DNA of 64,000 bases from Clostridiales bacterium (GCA_015055905.1 SVHI01000003.1:12942-76941); one strand, 5' to 3'; shown: positions 1-9,277, counted from the first letter of the stretch. Notes: a model not told the origin generated them from the letters alone. A program made the numbers and translations.

Positions 1-1
1 C

Positions 2-1363
2 CAAGATTTAAACCTTCGTGAAAAATTGAGAAAGTTTAACGAAGAGATAAGTGAATATAGAAAATATGCGCGAGTTTTGTCGCTTAAGTGTTTATGCAAA
101 AAAATTATTGATGATTTTGACTTAAGGCAAATTAATGATGCAAGCGAAGAGTGTGACAAGGCAAACAATGAAATAAATAAACTCATTGATGTTTTGCCGG
201 ACACAGATGCGTTTGATTTTTCATTTAACTATGAAAATTTTTCTCTTGAACTTGAAAGTGAAGGTGGAAGTGAAGATTCAGTTCAACTTATGACCATTCA
301 CAAGTCAAAGGGAATTGAGTTTAAGTATGTTTTTGTGATTAACACATCAAATGAGTTTAATTTTAAATCAACATTTGGAAATGTTATATTCAACAAAGAC
401 TATGGTGTTGGAGTTGATTATTTTGACACTGTTAACAGAACTCAAATTGAAAGCATCGCTAGTTCTGGAATAAAACTTTTAGAAAAGAGAAAACTGGTTG
501 AAGAAAAACAAAGAGTTTTGTATGTTGCTTTGACCCGTGCAATCGAAAGGCTTTATGTTGTTTGTTCAAAACCTGAAGAAAAGGTTAGGGCGAGCCTTAA
601 GGAAAGAAAAACCTGTTTTGCAGATTGGTTTGATGTTATGATTTATAATGAACTTTTTGGAAGACATAATCCTATTATTAATTTTGAAAAGTTTGATTTA
701 GCAGACCTTGCGGAACAATCAAAGATTGAAACTAGAGCGTTTGATGTGAAATTTAGCGAAGAGCAAGAGCCTGAATGGTTTAAATATGAGTTTTTGGACG
801 CGGTTAAGATTCCGCTTAAAAGTTCAATTTCAAAGATTTTAAAAGATAGAAAGAACGGGGAAGAAATCACATATAGTGGTTCATCTTCAGCTGAAAGGGG
901 AACTGCATATCACAAGTGTTTGCAACAGGTTGATTTTGTGAGCGGTGAAGACTTTGAAAAACAGGTTGAAAAGATTTATGAGGGTTTAACTCAAGAAGAA
1001 AAAGAACTTGTTGAAAAGGATAGGCTTGTTGAAATTTTAAAAGAACCATTTTTTGAAACATTAAAAGGTGCAGAAAAGATTTATACCGAAAGAGAATTTT
1101 ATGCAAAGGTGTCATCAAAAATCATAACAGGAAAAGAAACTGATGATAGTTTTATCTTGCAAGGTATTGTCGATTTGATTGCGATTTTTGACGACGGAAT
1201 TGTGGTTGTTGACTATAAGACAGGAAAATATAATTTGCAGAAATTTGAGGACTATAGTTTCCAAATTCAAAATTACGCTGAAATTGTAGAAAAAACTTTC
1301 AAAAGAACAATAAAAAACAAGTTCATTTATTTTATTGATGAACAAAAATTGCTCGAAATTTAA
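2..1363 (+). CDS. addA: ATP-dependent helicase/nuclease subunit A (AddA, UvrD/PcrA family), C-terminal part; the 5' end lies outside the window
   Basis: The reading frame is open to the left edge. Late helicase motifs are present (TIHKSKGIEF, VLYVALTRA), followed by a RecB-type nuclease motif (GIVDLI...VVDYKTGK). Confidence 0.8.
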   Translation, partial: QDLNLREKLRKFNEEISEYRKYARVLSLKCLCKKIIDDFDLRQINDASEECDKANNEINKLIDVLPDTDAFDFSFNYENFSLELESEGGSEDSVQLMTIHKSKGIEFKYVFVINTSNEFNFKSTFGNVIFNKDYGVGVDYFDTVNRTQIESIASSGIKLLEKRKLVEEKQRVLYVALTRAIERLYVVCSKPEEKVRASLKERKTCFADWFDVMIYNELFGRHNPIINFEKFDLADLAEQSKIETRAFDVKFSEEQEPEWFKYEFLDAVKIPLKSSISKILKDRKNGEEITYSGSSSAERGTAYHKCLQQVDFVSGEDFEKQVEKIYEGLTQEEKELVEKDRLVEILKEPFFETLKGAEKIYTEREFYAKVSSKIITGKETDDSFILQGIVDLIAIFDDGIVVVDYKTGKYNLQKFEDYSFQIQNYAEIVEKTFKRTIKNKFIYFIDEQKLLEI

Positions 1364-1466
1364 TTAAAAAAATAATAAATTTTTAAAAATTTGACTCATT
1401 TTCGTTAGTATTCTTCATAATAATATGATATATTATTATTGAAAAAGAAGCGGAGGATTTTTTATC

Positions 1467-3626
1467 GTGCTTTATGAATATTTAATAACAATTTATAAAA
1501 TTATCATTGGGCTTATCACACCAGAACTTTTGGTTGGTGTTGCTCTTGGAACTTTTGGGTTCTATTTGATTTGGATTTGTGTGGCATTATTCTGCTCATT
1601 CCAAAGAAAATTTAATGCAAAGTGTCACTCACTTGTGGGTGATATTAGAAAGAATAGAATAACCTCTGCTAACATTAGAGAAATCGATGAGAGAATCGAG
1701 AAGATTTCTGGTGGATTTTATCACGGTTGGAGAAAGTTTAAAACCAGTTCAAATGGTAAACCTTCTGATTACATCACCCGTAGAGAAAGCTTGGACGTAG
1801 AAATCAATGGCGGTGCGCTCAACCAAGGCAAGTCGGTTATGCGTGGTTTTATTGGGCTTGTTACATTCGTAATCTTCCTTTTAAACATCGCATATATTGG
1901 AAATGAAAAAACAATCACATTTATTGTGCTTGCTGAATCAATGGTGTTGCCATTCGTTTTCCACGTTGTTATGAAACTTTTCTATTTCTTGCAAAACTCA
2001 CTCAAACAAAGACTTTATAAACTTTCAGTTGAAAGTTTTTATGAATGTATTGACCTTTTAGACGATATGTTTGGTGCAAGTGCTGTTAGAGACCTTTCTT
2101 CTAACGCTTTGCCTGAAAATGTTGTAATTCAAGAAAGCATTGCTGTTGTTCCTGATGGTCCTGCTCCTGACATTGAAGACGGTGCAGAAAAAGCAGAAGG
2201 TGAGGGACAAGAACAGGTTGAAGGTGAAAACCTTGAAACAGCAGAACTCAAAGAAGAGGAAGAACCAGAAAACCTTTTGGATAAATATGACGTTTTCAAA
2301 AAGAAAAACATTGATATTGACAAGCTTATGAATGAGACTCCAAAGTCTGGAACAACTCTTCCATACATCGACGTTGATAGTGACTATGTTATTAAAGACG
2401 ACGATGAAGTTGGTGCTAAAATTGTGACCGACTCAGATAGTGCAACATCAATCTTAGGTGGAATGATGCAAAACACTAGTGGTCTTAAAAAAGGCGGTTC
2501 AAGTTTTATTGATGTTGACAAAGAAGTTGCTCAAATTGACAATGAAAAACTTGACGAACTCAAGAAGGCTGAAGAAGAAAAAGATGCTAGTTTTGAAGAC
2601 ACATTCAAGGCATTTGAAGTAAACCAAGAAGAGGAAAAGGTTGACGAAACCCCAGTTGATGAGACACCCTTAGAGGAGCCAACTTCGATTGAGGAAGTTG
2701 AACCAGAACCTGTTCCAGAACCAGTTGTTGAGCCAGAGCCAGAACCAGTTGTTGAAGAACCTGAAGAAGATATTGCTGCACAAGAAGCAGCAAATATTGC
2801 AAACGTTGTTAGCAACTTTAAGGCAAATAGACCAAAAATTGGTGGCGTTGTTATTGAAAGAAATGAGCCTATAGCTAGACGTGAAAGACGCGAAATGAAC
2901 TTGACAGAACAACCTTTGGTTGAAGACCTTGTTCCAAGTTATGACACAACTCCAGAGATTATTCGTCCAACTGCAGAAGTTGATGCAGATTCTATTTTGA
3001 ATTCTGTTAAGTCATCTGCTGGTGGCTATGACCCTTATGCTCAATATAATCCACAACCAACTTATTCTGCACCAGATTATAGCCAACAATATAGCGGCTA
3101 TGGTGCAATGCCAAACACATCATACACTCAACCTGTTCAAAATCCAGGTTATGCTGGTACTGATATGCAAGGCTATCAAGGTTACAACCAAACAGGTTAT
3201 GGCGTGAATAATTATCAAGGCTACAACCAAAACCAAAATGTTTATGGCGCATCTGAACAATATCAAGACTATAGTGCAGACGTTGAGGAAGAGGAAGCGT
3301 TCGAAGAAGAAGTTGTTGAAGAACAACCAAAGAAAAAGACTGTTCGAACAAAAGAAAACGAGCCAAGACCAAGAAACTTGAGAACAAAAACAAAACAAAC
3401 AACTGCTAAGGAAGAACCTATGGAAAAACGTGGAAGACCTAGAAAACAAGAAGTTAGCGAAACAATGACAATCAAGAGCGAAAAGGAATTCGATGAAGTT
3501 CTTGCTCGTGCTGAAAAATTGATGCGTAAGAGCGAAGAAGGCTTGTCTGAAAGTCAATCAAAGAGAATTGAAAAAGAACTTAAGATGTTGATGGACGCTA
3601 TGAACCGTTATAAGGAGAGTAAGTAA
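1467..3626 (+). CDS. Hypothetical membrane-anchored protein with a long disordered acidic/PEPV, Q/N/Y-rich and basic AT-hook tail
   Basis: GTG start 8 nt after GGAGGA. About four hydrophobic helices occupy the first 200 aa. Low-complexity segments follow, with KRGRPRK at nt 3426-3446. No family recognised. Confidence 0.6.
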   Translation: MLYEYLITIYKIIIGLITPELLVGVALGTFGFYLIWICVALFCSFQRKFNAKCHSLVGDIRKNRITSANIREIDERIEKISGGFYHGWRKFKTSSNGKPSDYITRRESLDVEINGGALNQGKSVMRGFIGLVTFVIFLLNIAYIGNEKTITFIVLAESMVLPFVFHVVMKLFYFLQNSLKQRLYKLSVESFYECIDLLDDMFGASAVRDLSSNALPENVVIQESIAVVPDGPAPDIEDGAEKAEGEGQEQVEGENLETAELKEEEEPENLLDKYDVFKKKNIDIDKLMNETPKSGTTLPYIDVDSDYVIKDDDEVGAKIVTDSDSATSILGGMMQNTSGLKKGGSSFIDVDKEVAQIDNEKLDELKKAEEEKDASFEDTFKAFEVNQEEEKVDETPVDETPLEEPTSIEEVEPEPVPEPVVEPEPEPVVEEPEEDIAAQEAANIANVVSNFKANRPKIGGVVIERNEPIARRERREMNLTEQPLVEDLVPSYDTTPEIIRPTAEVDADSILNSVKSSAGGYDPYAQYNPQPTYSAPDYSQQYSGYGAMPNTSYTQPVQNPGYAGTDMQGYQGYNQTGYGVNNYQGYNQNQNVYGASEQYQDYSADVEEEEAFEEEVVEEQPKKKTVRTKENEPRPRNLRTKTKQTTAKEEPMEKRGRPRKQEVSETMTIKSEKEFDEVLARAEKLMRKSEEGLSESQSKRIEKELKMLMDAMNRYKESK

Positions 3627-3627
3627 T

Positions 3628-3840
3628 ATGAAAAAGAAAAAAATTGCTGTAACAAAAACAATGCAAATTGGTGAAGTTTTGAGAATTAATCCAAATGTTA
3701 AAGATGTTTTAATGGGATTTGGTTTGCACTGCTTTGGTTGTCCAATGAGTCAAATGGAAACATTAGAAGAGGCTGCTGCTGTTCACGGTGTTGATGTTGA
3801 CCTTATGATTGAAAAAATCAATGAGTTTTTAAACAAATAA
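3628..3840 (+). CDS. DUF1858 / hybrid-cluster-protein-associated redox disulfide domain protein
   Basis: 70 aa with a GLHCFGCPMS...TLEEAAAVHGVD pattern typical of this small family. The ATG lies 2 nt after the upstream stop, and a terminator follows. Confidence 0.7.
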   Translation: MKKKKIAVTKTMQIGEVLRINPNVKDVLMGFGLHCFGCPMSQMETLEEAAAVHGVDVDLMIEKINEFLNK

Positions 3841-3844
3841 AAAT

Positions 3845-3868
3845 AGTAGGGGAGACCCTACTTTTTTT
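3845..3868 (+). terminator. Intrinsic terminator
   Basis: Hairpin GTAGGG-gaga-CCCTAC followed by T7. Confidence 0.7.
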
Positions 3869-3889
3869 ATGCAAGAATGGAGGCAGATT

Positions 3890-4402
3890 ATGTTTGAATG
3901 TAAAATCGCCACAACTAGCGATATGCTTGAGAAGTGGGACTATGAAATAAAAAGACACCCAAACGACAACAGGTGGGTGATTTGGAAAGAAACCGCAATA
4001 AACAATGTTAAGGCGGGCAATAGAATATGTTTCTACGGAGAACTTGACGGCGAGATTATTGTCGAAACGACCGCCATTATTAGTCGCAAAGACACCGGAC
4101 TTGAGAGAATGGAACTAGTTGACAGTAACGGGGCTTATTTGGAGGCTTTTAGAGTTAAAAAGGAGTTTGAAGGTCAGGGCTATTTTTCAAAAGTCTATAG
4201 GTTTATGGAAGAGTATTTGAAAAACCTTGGATTCGAAAAACTTACTTTAGGTGTTGAGCCAACCGAAGAAAGAAATAGGCAGATTTATTTTTATTTGGGG
4301 TTCACGAATTTTCTTTTCACTGCAACGGAAAAATACCCACCAAAAGAGGAGGGTAAAGAACCTGAAGAGATAGTTGTCAACTATTACTCAAAAGAAATTT
4401 AA
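3890..4402 (+). CDS. GNAT family N-acetyltransferase
   Basis: Motif-A-like FRVKKEFEGQGYFSK. GGAGG lies 6 nt upstream of ATG 3890, whereas the track ORF starts at 3869. Confidence 0.65.
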   Translation: MFECKIATTSDMLEKWDYEIKRHPNDNRWVIWKETAINNVKAGNRICFYGELDGEIIVETTAIISRKDTGLERMELVDSNGAYLEAFRVKKEFEGQGYFSKVYRFMEEYLKNLGFEKLTLGVEPTEERNRQIYFYLGFTNFLFTATEKYPPKEEGKEPEEIVVNYYSKEI

Positions 4403-4407
4403 ACAAC

Positions 4408-4438
4408 AAAAAAACTCAGCATTTAGCTGAGTCTTTTT
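4408..4438. terminator. Bidirectional intrinsic terminator between convergent genes
   Basis: ACTCAGC-attta-GCTGAGT flanked by an A-run and a T-run. Confidence 0.7.
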
Positions 4439-4439
4439 A

Positions 4440-4715
4440 TTAGTTGATTGTTTCTTTGAAACTCTTACCAAATTTAAGAGCTGGAACTTTGCAAGCAGCA
4501 ACTTTGATTGTTTCGCCTGGTTTTTGTGGATTTGGACGAACACAAGCAGCCTTTTGTCTTGCAACAAATGTGCCGAAGCCAACTAATGTGATTTTGTCAT
4601 TAGCTTTCATAGCTTCTTGAACTGTTTCAACAAATGCTTCATAGAATGCGTTAGCATCTTTGATTGTTGCTTCAGTTTTGTCAGCAATTGCTCTTAAAAA
4701 TTCATTTTTATTCAT
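4440..4715 (-). CDS. hup: HU family DNA-binding protein
   Basis: 91 aa with an HU signature (LVGFGTF...R.....NP..P.....V...KVPALKFGK). A strong AGGAGG Shine-Dalgarno (SD) is present. Confidence 0.9.
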   Translation of the reverse strand: MNKNEFLRAIADKTEATIKDANAFYEAFVETVQEAMKANDKITLVGFGTFVARQKAACVRPNPQKPGETIKVAACKVPALKFGKSFKETIN

Positions 4716-4931
4716 AAGTAATACCTCCTATTTTTTGCTCTTTTAAAGCTTACTTACTACAACCACTATATCACAATAAAAATCTATTTCAAAATAAAAA
4801 ATGGCTTTTTTACAAAAATTTTTCAAAAAATGTGATTTTATCGTGCTTTAGGGGCATATATAGTAATTTTTTTATGACTGTTTTGGCTTGAACATTAATT
4901 TTTTTGACTCATAACATAAGGGTATGGAGAC

Positions 4932-5258
4932 GTGTTTATGGATTATGTTTTGATAGATAAAAAGTCTACGTTTATTGATAAGGAAACAAAAATTGGCAAA
5001 AACGTTATAATTTATGAAAATAACCGCATTGACGGCAGGTCGGTAATTGAGGATAATGTGACAATTTTCCCTAATTGTTATATCGCCAATTCAATTATTG
5101 GCAAGGGTTCAAAAATTTATACATCTGTCATTGAAAACTCAAATATTGGCAGGTGTGCGTTTGTCGAGCCGTTTTCGCTTATTAAGGGTTCGATTGTTAG
5201 GGAAAAGTGTAAGGTTCAAGCGTTTTCGAAGTTGAAAAATGCGAAAATTGATAGTTAA
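4932..5258 (+). CDS. Short hexapeptide-repeat (left-handed beta-helix) protein resembling only the middle of GlmU; possible gene remnant
   Basis: 108 aa with [LIV]-G-x4 hexapeptide periodicity. It ends at ...VEPFSLIKGSIV...FSKLKNAKIDS, which parallels GlmU GPFARLRPG...FVE.KN, i.e. before the acetyltransferase catalytic part. Confidence 0.45.
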   Translation: MFMDYVLIDKKSTFIDKETKIGKNVIIYENNRIDGRSVIEDNVTIFPNCYIANSIIGKGSKIYTSVIENSNIGRCAFVEPFSLIKGSIVREKCKVQAFSKLKNAKIDS

Positions 5259-5368
5259 ATTGAAGTTTCTTTCAAAAAAAGACGGATTAGTTCGTCTTTT
5301 TTTATTGAAATTGAGATAATAAAGTGATAATATAATACATATTATTCGCAAATAGAGAGGACAAATTT

Positions 5369-6655
5369 ATGATTGATATTAACATTATTAGAAACAACCC
5401 TGATGTTGTTAAAGAAAACATTAAAAAGAAATTTCAAGATAGCAAACTTGTTTTAGTTGATGAAGTTATTGCTCTTGATAAAGAAAACAGAGCACTTAAG
5501 CAAGAAGGCGACGATTTGAGAGCTCAAAGAAACAAACTTTCTGGTGAAGTTGGAAAACTTATGAAAGAAAAGAACTTTGAAGAGGCTGAAAAAATCAAGG
5601 CTCAAGTTAAAGCAGGTGCTGAAAGAATTGTTCAAATTGAAGCAAAACAAGCAGAGATTGATGCAGAAATCAAAAATCGTATGATGATTATTCCAAACAT
5701 CATTGACGAGTCCGTTCCTATTGGCGAAGATGATACTCACAACGTTGAAGTTGAAAGATTTGGTGAGGCAAAAGTTCCTGAATATGAAATTCCTTACAAC
5801 GCTGACATTTTGGAGGCTATTAATGGTCTTGACAAAGAAAGCGCTGGAAGAACTTCAGGTGCAGGATTCTATTATTTGCTTGGTGATGCTGCGCGTCTTC
5901 ACGAGGCTATGCTTGCTTATGGCAGAGACTTTATGATTGACCAAGGGTTCACATACGCAATCCCTCCATTTATGATTCATAGCGACGTTGTTACTGGCGT
6001 TATGAGTTTTGCTGAAATGGACGCTATGATGTATAAGATTGAAGGCGAAGACCTTTATTTGATTGGAACTAGTGAACACTCTATGATTGGTAAGTTCAAA
6101 GACCAAATCATTCCAGAAGACAAACTTCCTATCTGTATGACATCTTATTCACCTTGTTTTAGAAAAGAGGGTGGTGCTCACGGTTTGGAAGAAAGAGGAA
6201 TCTACAGAGTTCATCAATTCGAAAAACAAGAAATGATTGTTCTTTGCAAACAAGAAGATGCTCTTGACTGGTATAACAGAATGTGGAAATACACAGTTGA
6301 AATCTTTAGAAATCTTGAAATTCCAGTTCGTCAACTTGAATGTTGTTCAGGTGACCTTGCAGACCTTAAAGTTAAATCTTGTGACATTGAGGCGTGGAGC
6401 CCAAGACAACAAAAATTCTTTGAAGTTGCATCTTGTTCAACACTTGGCGACGCTCAAGCAAGAAGACTTAATATTCGTGCAAAAGGCGCAAACGGAAACT
6501 ATCTTGTTAACACTCTTAACAACACAGTTCTCGCAAGCCCAAGAGCGCTTATTGCGTTCCTTGAAAACCACTATATGCCAGACGGCTCAATCACAATTCC
6601 TGAGTGTTTGAGACCATATATGGGTGGCAAGGCTGTTATTGAAGCAAAAAAATAA
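5369..6655 (+). CDS. serS: Serine--tRNA ligase
   Basis: 428 aa with an N-terminal coiled-coil arm (MIDINIIRNNPD...) and class II core motifs (FRKEGGAHG, RVHQFEKQE, GDAQARR). Confidence 0.95.
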   Translation: MIDINIIRNNPDVVKENIKKKFQDSKLVLVDEVIALDKENRALKQEGDDLRAQRNKLSGEVGKLMKEKNFEEAEKIKAQVKAGAERIVQIEAKQAEIDAEIKNRMMIIPNIIDESVPIGEDDTHNVEVERFGEAKVPEYEIPYNADILEAINGLDKESAGRTSGAGFYYLLGDAARLHEAMLAYGRDFMIDQGFTYAIPPFMIHSDVVTGVMSFAEMDAMMYKIEGEDLYLIGTSEHSMIGKFKDQIIPEDKLPICMTSYSPCFRKEGGAHGLEERGIYRVHQFEKQEMIVLCKQEDALDWYNRMWKYTVEIFRNLEIPVRQLECCSGDLADLKVKSCDIEAWSPRQQKFFEVASCSTLGDAQARRLNIRAKGANGNYLVNTLNNTVLASPRALIAFLENHYMPDGSITIPECLRPYMGGKAVIEAKK

Positions 6656-6661
6656 ACAAAC

Positions 6662-6694
6662 AAAAAACACACTTAACTTAAGTGTGTTTTTATT
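6662..6694. terminator. Bidirectional intrinsic terminator
   Basis: ACACACTTAA/TTAAGTGTGT palindrome flanked by an A-run and a T-run, between convergent genes. Confidence 0.7.
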
Positions 6695-6701
6695 TTGCAA
6701 A

Positions 6702-7322
6702 TTATTTCTTTGAATAAGCTCTGCTTTCGCCGTGGATTTCAAAACCATAGATAACCCATTGGAAGTCTGCTTGACCGTTGTCTGTGTCAAAAAGTTCAAG
6801 TGAGTTTAAAATATCAATAGTAATTGTTGCGCCAGTTGCTTTTGCTACGGCTTTTCCAATATTGAATGTGCACTTTGTTGCTTTTCCTGCTTCAGGAATG
6901 AATGTGCATTGTTCACTAGCAATGTTGGTTGGTGGCTCTTCAGAAGAAGTCTTTTTAAGTGATTCTTCATCTGCCATATTTGTCATTGAAACGTTAACAA
7001 TCATTTCGCTTGTGCTTGATGCTGTGGTGTAAACATAGAAAGAAATTGATTCAACATACATTTTATACATCCAAACGGTGTTTGCAGTGAGTTCAAACTT
7101 TACATACTTTCCAAGTTTTTCTTCATCAAATTTTGTGTCGGTTATAAATGAAACGTCTTTTGTGCTCTTTGCTTCAAGTTGATAATATGAAACAGTCATT
7201 TCGCTGTTTAGGTAAGTTGCAAGGTCAATGGCAGGGAGTGGGTCAGCTTTTTTGCAACCTGCTAAAAACAGCACAGGAATGAGCAATATAGCAAATAATG
7301 ATTTTAGTAGTTTGTTTTTCAT
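6702..7322 (-). CDS. Hypothetical lipoprotein
   Basis: Signal peptide with lipobox LFLAGC. No recognised domain. Its start overlaps the lepB stop by 4 nt. Confidence 0.6.
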   Translation of the reverse strand: MKNKLLKSLFAILLIPVLFLAGCKKADPLPAIDLATYLNSEMTVSYYQLEAKSTKDVSFITDTKFDEEKLGKYVKFELTANTVWMYKMYVESISFYVYTTASSTSEMIVNVSMTNMADEESLKKTSSEEPPTNIASEQCTFIPEAGKATKCTFNIGKAVAKATGATITIDILNSLELFDTDNGQADFQWVIYGFEIHGESRAYSKK

Positions 7323-8173
7323 AGGTTTTCCTTTAATTGTAGATTATATGAACCAAATAATGATTCTTTTAGACTTCTAAGTAATGCTATCCAAACGTTT
7401 TCGCCGTTATAGACAACAACTCTAACGTTTCCACAAATATCTTCATAGGCAATTTGACCGATATGTCGGCTGTCGTTTGAGTGGTTTCTGTTGTCACCCA
7501 TAACGAAATATTTGTTTTCACTTACTTTGATTGATGTTTTTCTTTGTTCGTCAGGCAATGTATCATTTTCAAGGTTTGGTGCAATGTAGTTAAAATAGCC
7601 GCTTGAAGAACCTTTTATAAAAAACATTGGTTCAAGTGTGTTTTCTTCTTCATTAAGTTCAACAGGGTTTCCATTTGGGTCCTTAACTGAAATTATATAA
7701 AAAATTTTATTTCCGTCAATACCTGAATAGTGAAATGTTATTGTGTCACCAGGACGTGCCACAACTCTTTTTATGAAGAAATCAACTTCTTGGGTTGGAG
7801 TTTTTGGGATATATTGGTCTTTTTCATTTGAAACAATAACGACGTCGCCAATATTATAACTCGATTTTTTTCGATATAAAACCGTGTCGTTGTTTTGGTC
7901 GTCAGTTTCACTCAAAACCTTAGCGTTTATTGTTGGTTGCATACTCGTTCCAAGAACGGCGATTGGGGAGTAGTAGACTCCACAAAAAAACAAAAACAAT
8001 AAAAACACAATTCCAAAGGTATGCAAGAAATGAAACTCCCAACGATTTGTTCTGTAAGCCGATTTTTTAGGCTGCTCAAGTGATTGGGTTTCTTCTTGTT
8101 CCAGGTTTGAATTATCTAATGGCTGAGCCTCTTCAGGTTCAATTTTGGTTTCGTTTTCCTCAAAATTCTCCAT
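7319..8173 (-). CDS. lepB: Signal peptidase I (S26 family) with an acidic N-terminal extension
   Basis: Catalytic boxes GTSMQPTI and GDNRNHSNDSR, with one TM helix upstream. Confidence 0.9.
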   Translation of the reverse strand: MENFEENETKIEPEEAQPLDNSNLEQEETQSLEQPKKSAYRTNRWEFHFLHTFGIVFLLFLFFCGVYYSPIAVLGTSMQPTINAKVLSETDDQNNDTVLYRKKSSYNIGDVVIVSNEKDQYIPKTPTQEVDFFIKRVVARPGDTITFHYSGIDGNKIFYIISVKDPNGNPVELNEEENTLEPMFFIKGSSSGYFNYIAPNLENDTLPDEQRKTSIKVSENKYFVMGDNRNHSNDSRHIGQIAYEDICGNVRVVVYNGENVWIALLRSLKESLFGSYNLQLKENL

Positions 8174-8179
8174 ATAACA

Positions 8180-8185
8180 ATTATA
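8180..8185 (-). promoter_or_regulatory. -10 hexamer TATAAT placed 6 nt before the lepB ATG (candidate leaderless transcript)
   Basis: The minus strand reads TATAAT-tgttat-ATG. There is no SD, and the -35 is poor. Confidence 0.4.
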
Positions 8186-8290
8186 TTATACTATTTTTCA
8201 TTTTTAATCAATATTTTTTTTGATTTAGATGTCTCTATTGTGTCAAAAAAGAGATTTTTTTAAAATTAAGTGGAAATAACATTTCATTTA

Positions 8291-8299
8291 TGATATAAT
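8291..8299 (+). promoter_or_regulatory. Extended -10 (TGaTATAAT) 6 nt before ATG 8306 (candidate leaderless transcript)
   Basis: TGATATAAT-ctgctt-ATG, with no SD. Confidence 0.5.
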
Positions 8300-8305
8300 C
8301 TGCTT

Positions 8306-9277
8306 ATGAAAAAGTTATATTATGCAACATTTGAAAAAGGATTTGGCGAAGTTGTTAAGTCCATTATTAAAAAATTAGATAAAAATTCGAGAATAAAAAC
8401 ACTCTATGACAATGCAGTGTTGTTTTTTGCTGACGAGCATTTCAAAATGAGAAACTCTTGTTTTGATTCGGCTTTTGTTGTGCTTCATAACACCCACAAA
8501 CAAGGCGTTGGTGCAATCAATATTGAAATGAAAACACTCTTAGAGAAAAAAGACCTAAAAATTAGTCTTCCAAGAGAGACTTCAAGTTTCAAACTTTCAA
8601 TCTTGAAAGAAAATGAAAGGGTAATGGTTGATAATCATTTGAAAACCGCTTTTGAAACAATGCTTAAACGTGTTACAAAGAAAACAATTAGTTTCTTTGC
8701 AGAAACTGAACTTGTGCTCCTTGCAAAAGAAGACGGCGAAACAATGTTTATGAGAGCCGTTGACACTGGCACAGAATTTAAGAAAATTACAACCAAATTT
8801 GGCTTGAAACCACAACTTGCATACTTAATGAACTATCTTTCAAATCCTGCAACAAATGAGGTTTCACTCGATGCTTTTGCGGGTAAGGGAATTGTTTCAA
8901 GTGTGAGAGCGATTGCGTTTAACAAAGCAAATGTTATCGCAGCGAACGAAGAGGAAGAAGAGGCAAAGGCACTTAGAAAACTCTCAAAGACATTAAAACC
9001 CGCTGGCTTTTCTGTTTTGAACTATGACTTTTTAAGCGAAGAGTTCCCAATCAAGTTTATTGATAAAATTGTAACCGATTTAACAAACATCGGTTTTGCA
9101 CAAGTTGAAACATATAGAAGATTCTTTGAAAAGTGCTTTGCATTGGGAGTTAAAACAGTTGTTGTTGCCATTGGCAAAAACTATGACGTATCAAGGTTTA
9201 TTTCAGGGAAATATGATATTGAGTGTGAAATAGAAGCTCAAAAATTAAATGTTTACAAATTAAAAATAAGGGGTTAA
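8306..9277 (+). CDS. THUMP/N6-methylase-like protein with degenerate SAM and catalytic motifs
   Basis: The architecture and the LKPQLAYLMNYL...DAFAGKG segment parallel L.P.LA..M..L...DPFCGSG of RlmL/YpsC-type enzymes. The NPPY position reads DLTN. Confidence 0.4.
   Translation: MKKLYYATFEKGFGEVVKSIIKKLDKNSRIKTLYDNAVLFFADEHFKMRNSCFDSAFVVLHNTHKQGVGAINIEMKTLLEKKDLKISLPRETSSFKLSILKENERVMVDNHLKTAFETMLKRVTKKTISFFAETELVLLAKEDGETMFMRAVDTGTEFKKITTKFGLKPQLAYLMNYLSNPATNEVSLDAFAGKGIVSSVRAIAFNKANVIAANEEEEEAKALRKLSKTLKPAGFSVLNYDFLSEEFPIKFIDKIVTDLTNIGFAQVETYRRFFEKCFALGVKTVVVAIGKNYDVSRFISGKYDIECEIEAQKLNVYKLKIRG

Noticed and set aside
5259-5368. T-box or other riboswitch leader upstream of serS
   Set aside because: Only about 110 nt lie between the upstream stop and the serS ATG. 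Most of that is taken up by an upstream terminator and a promoter-like TTGAAA...TAATAT. That leaves no room for a specifier/antiterminator structure, and no T-box sequence is seen.
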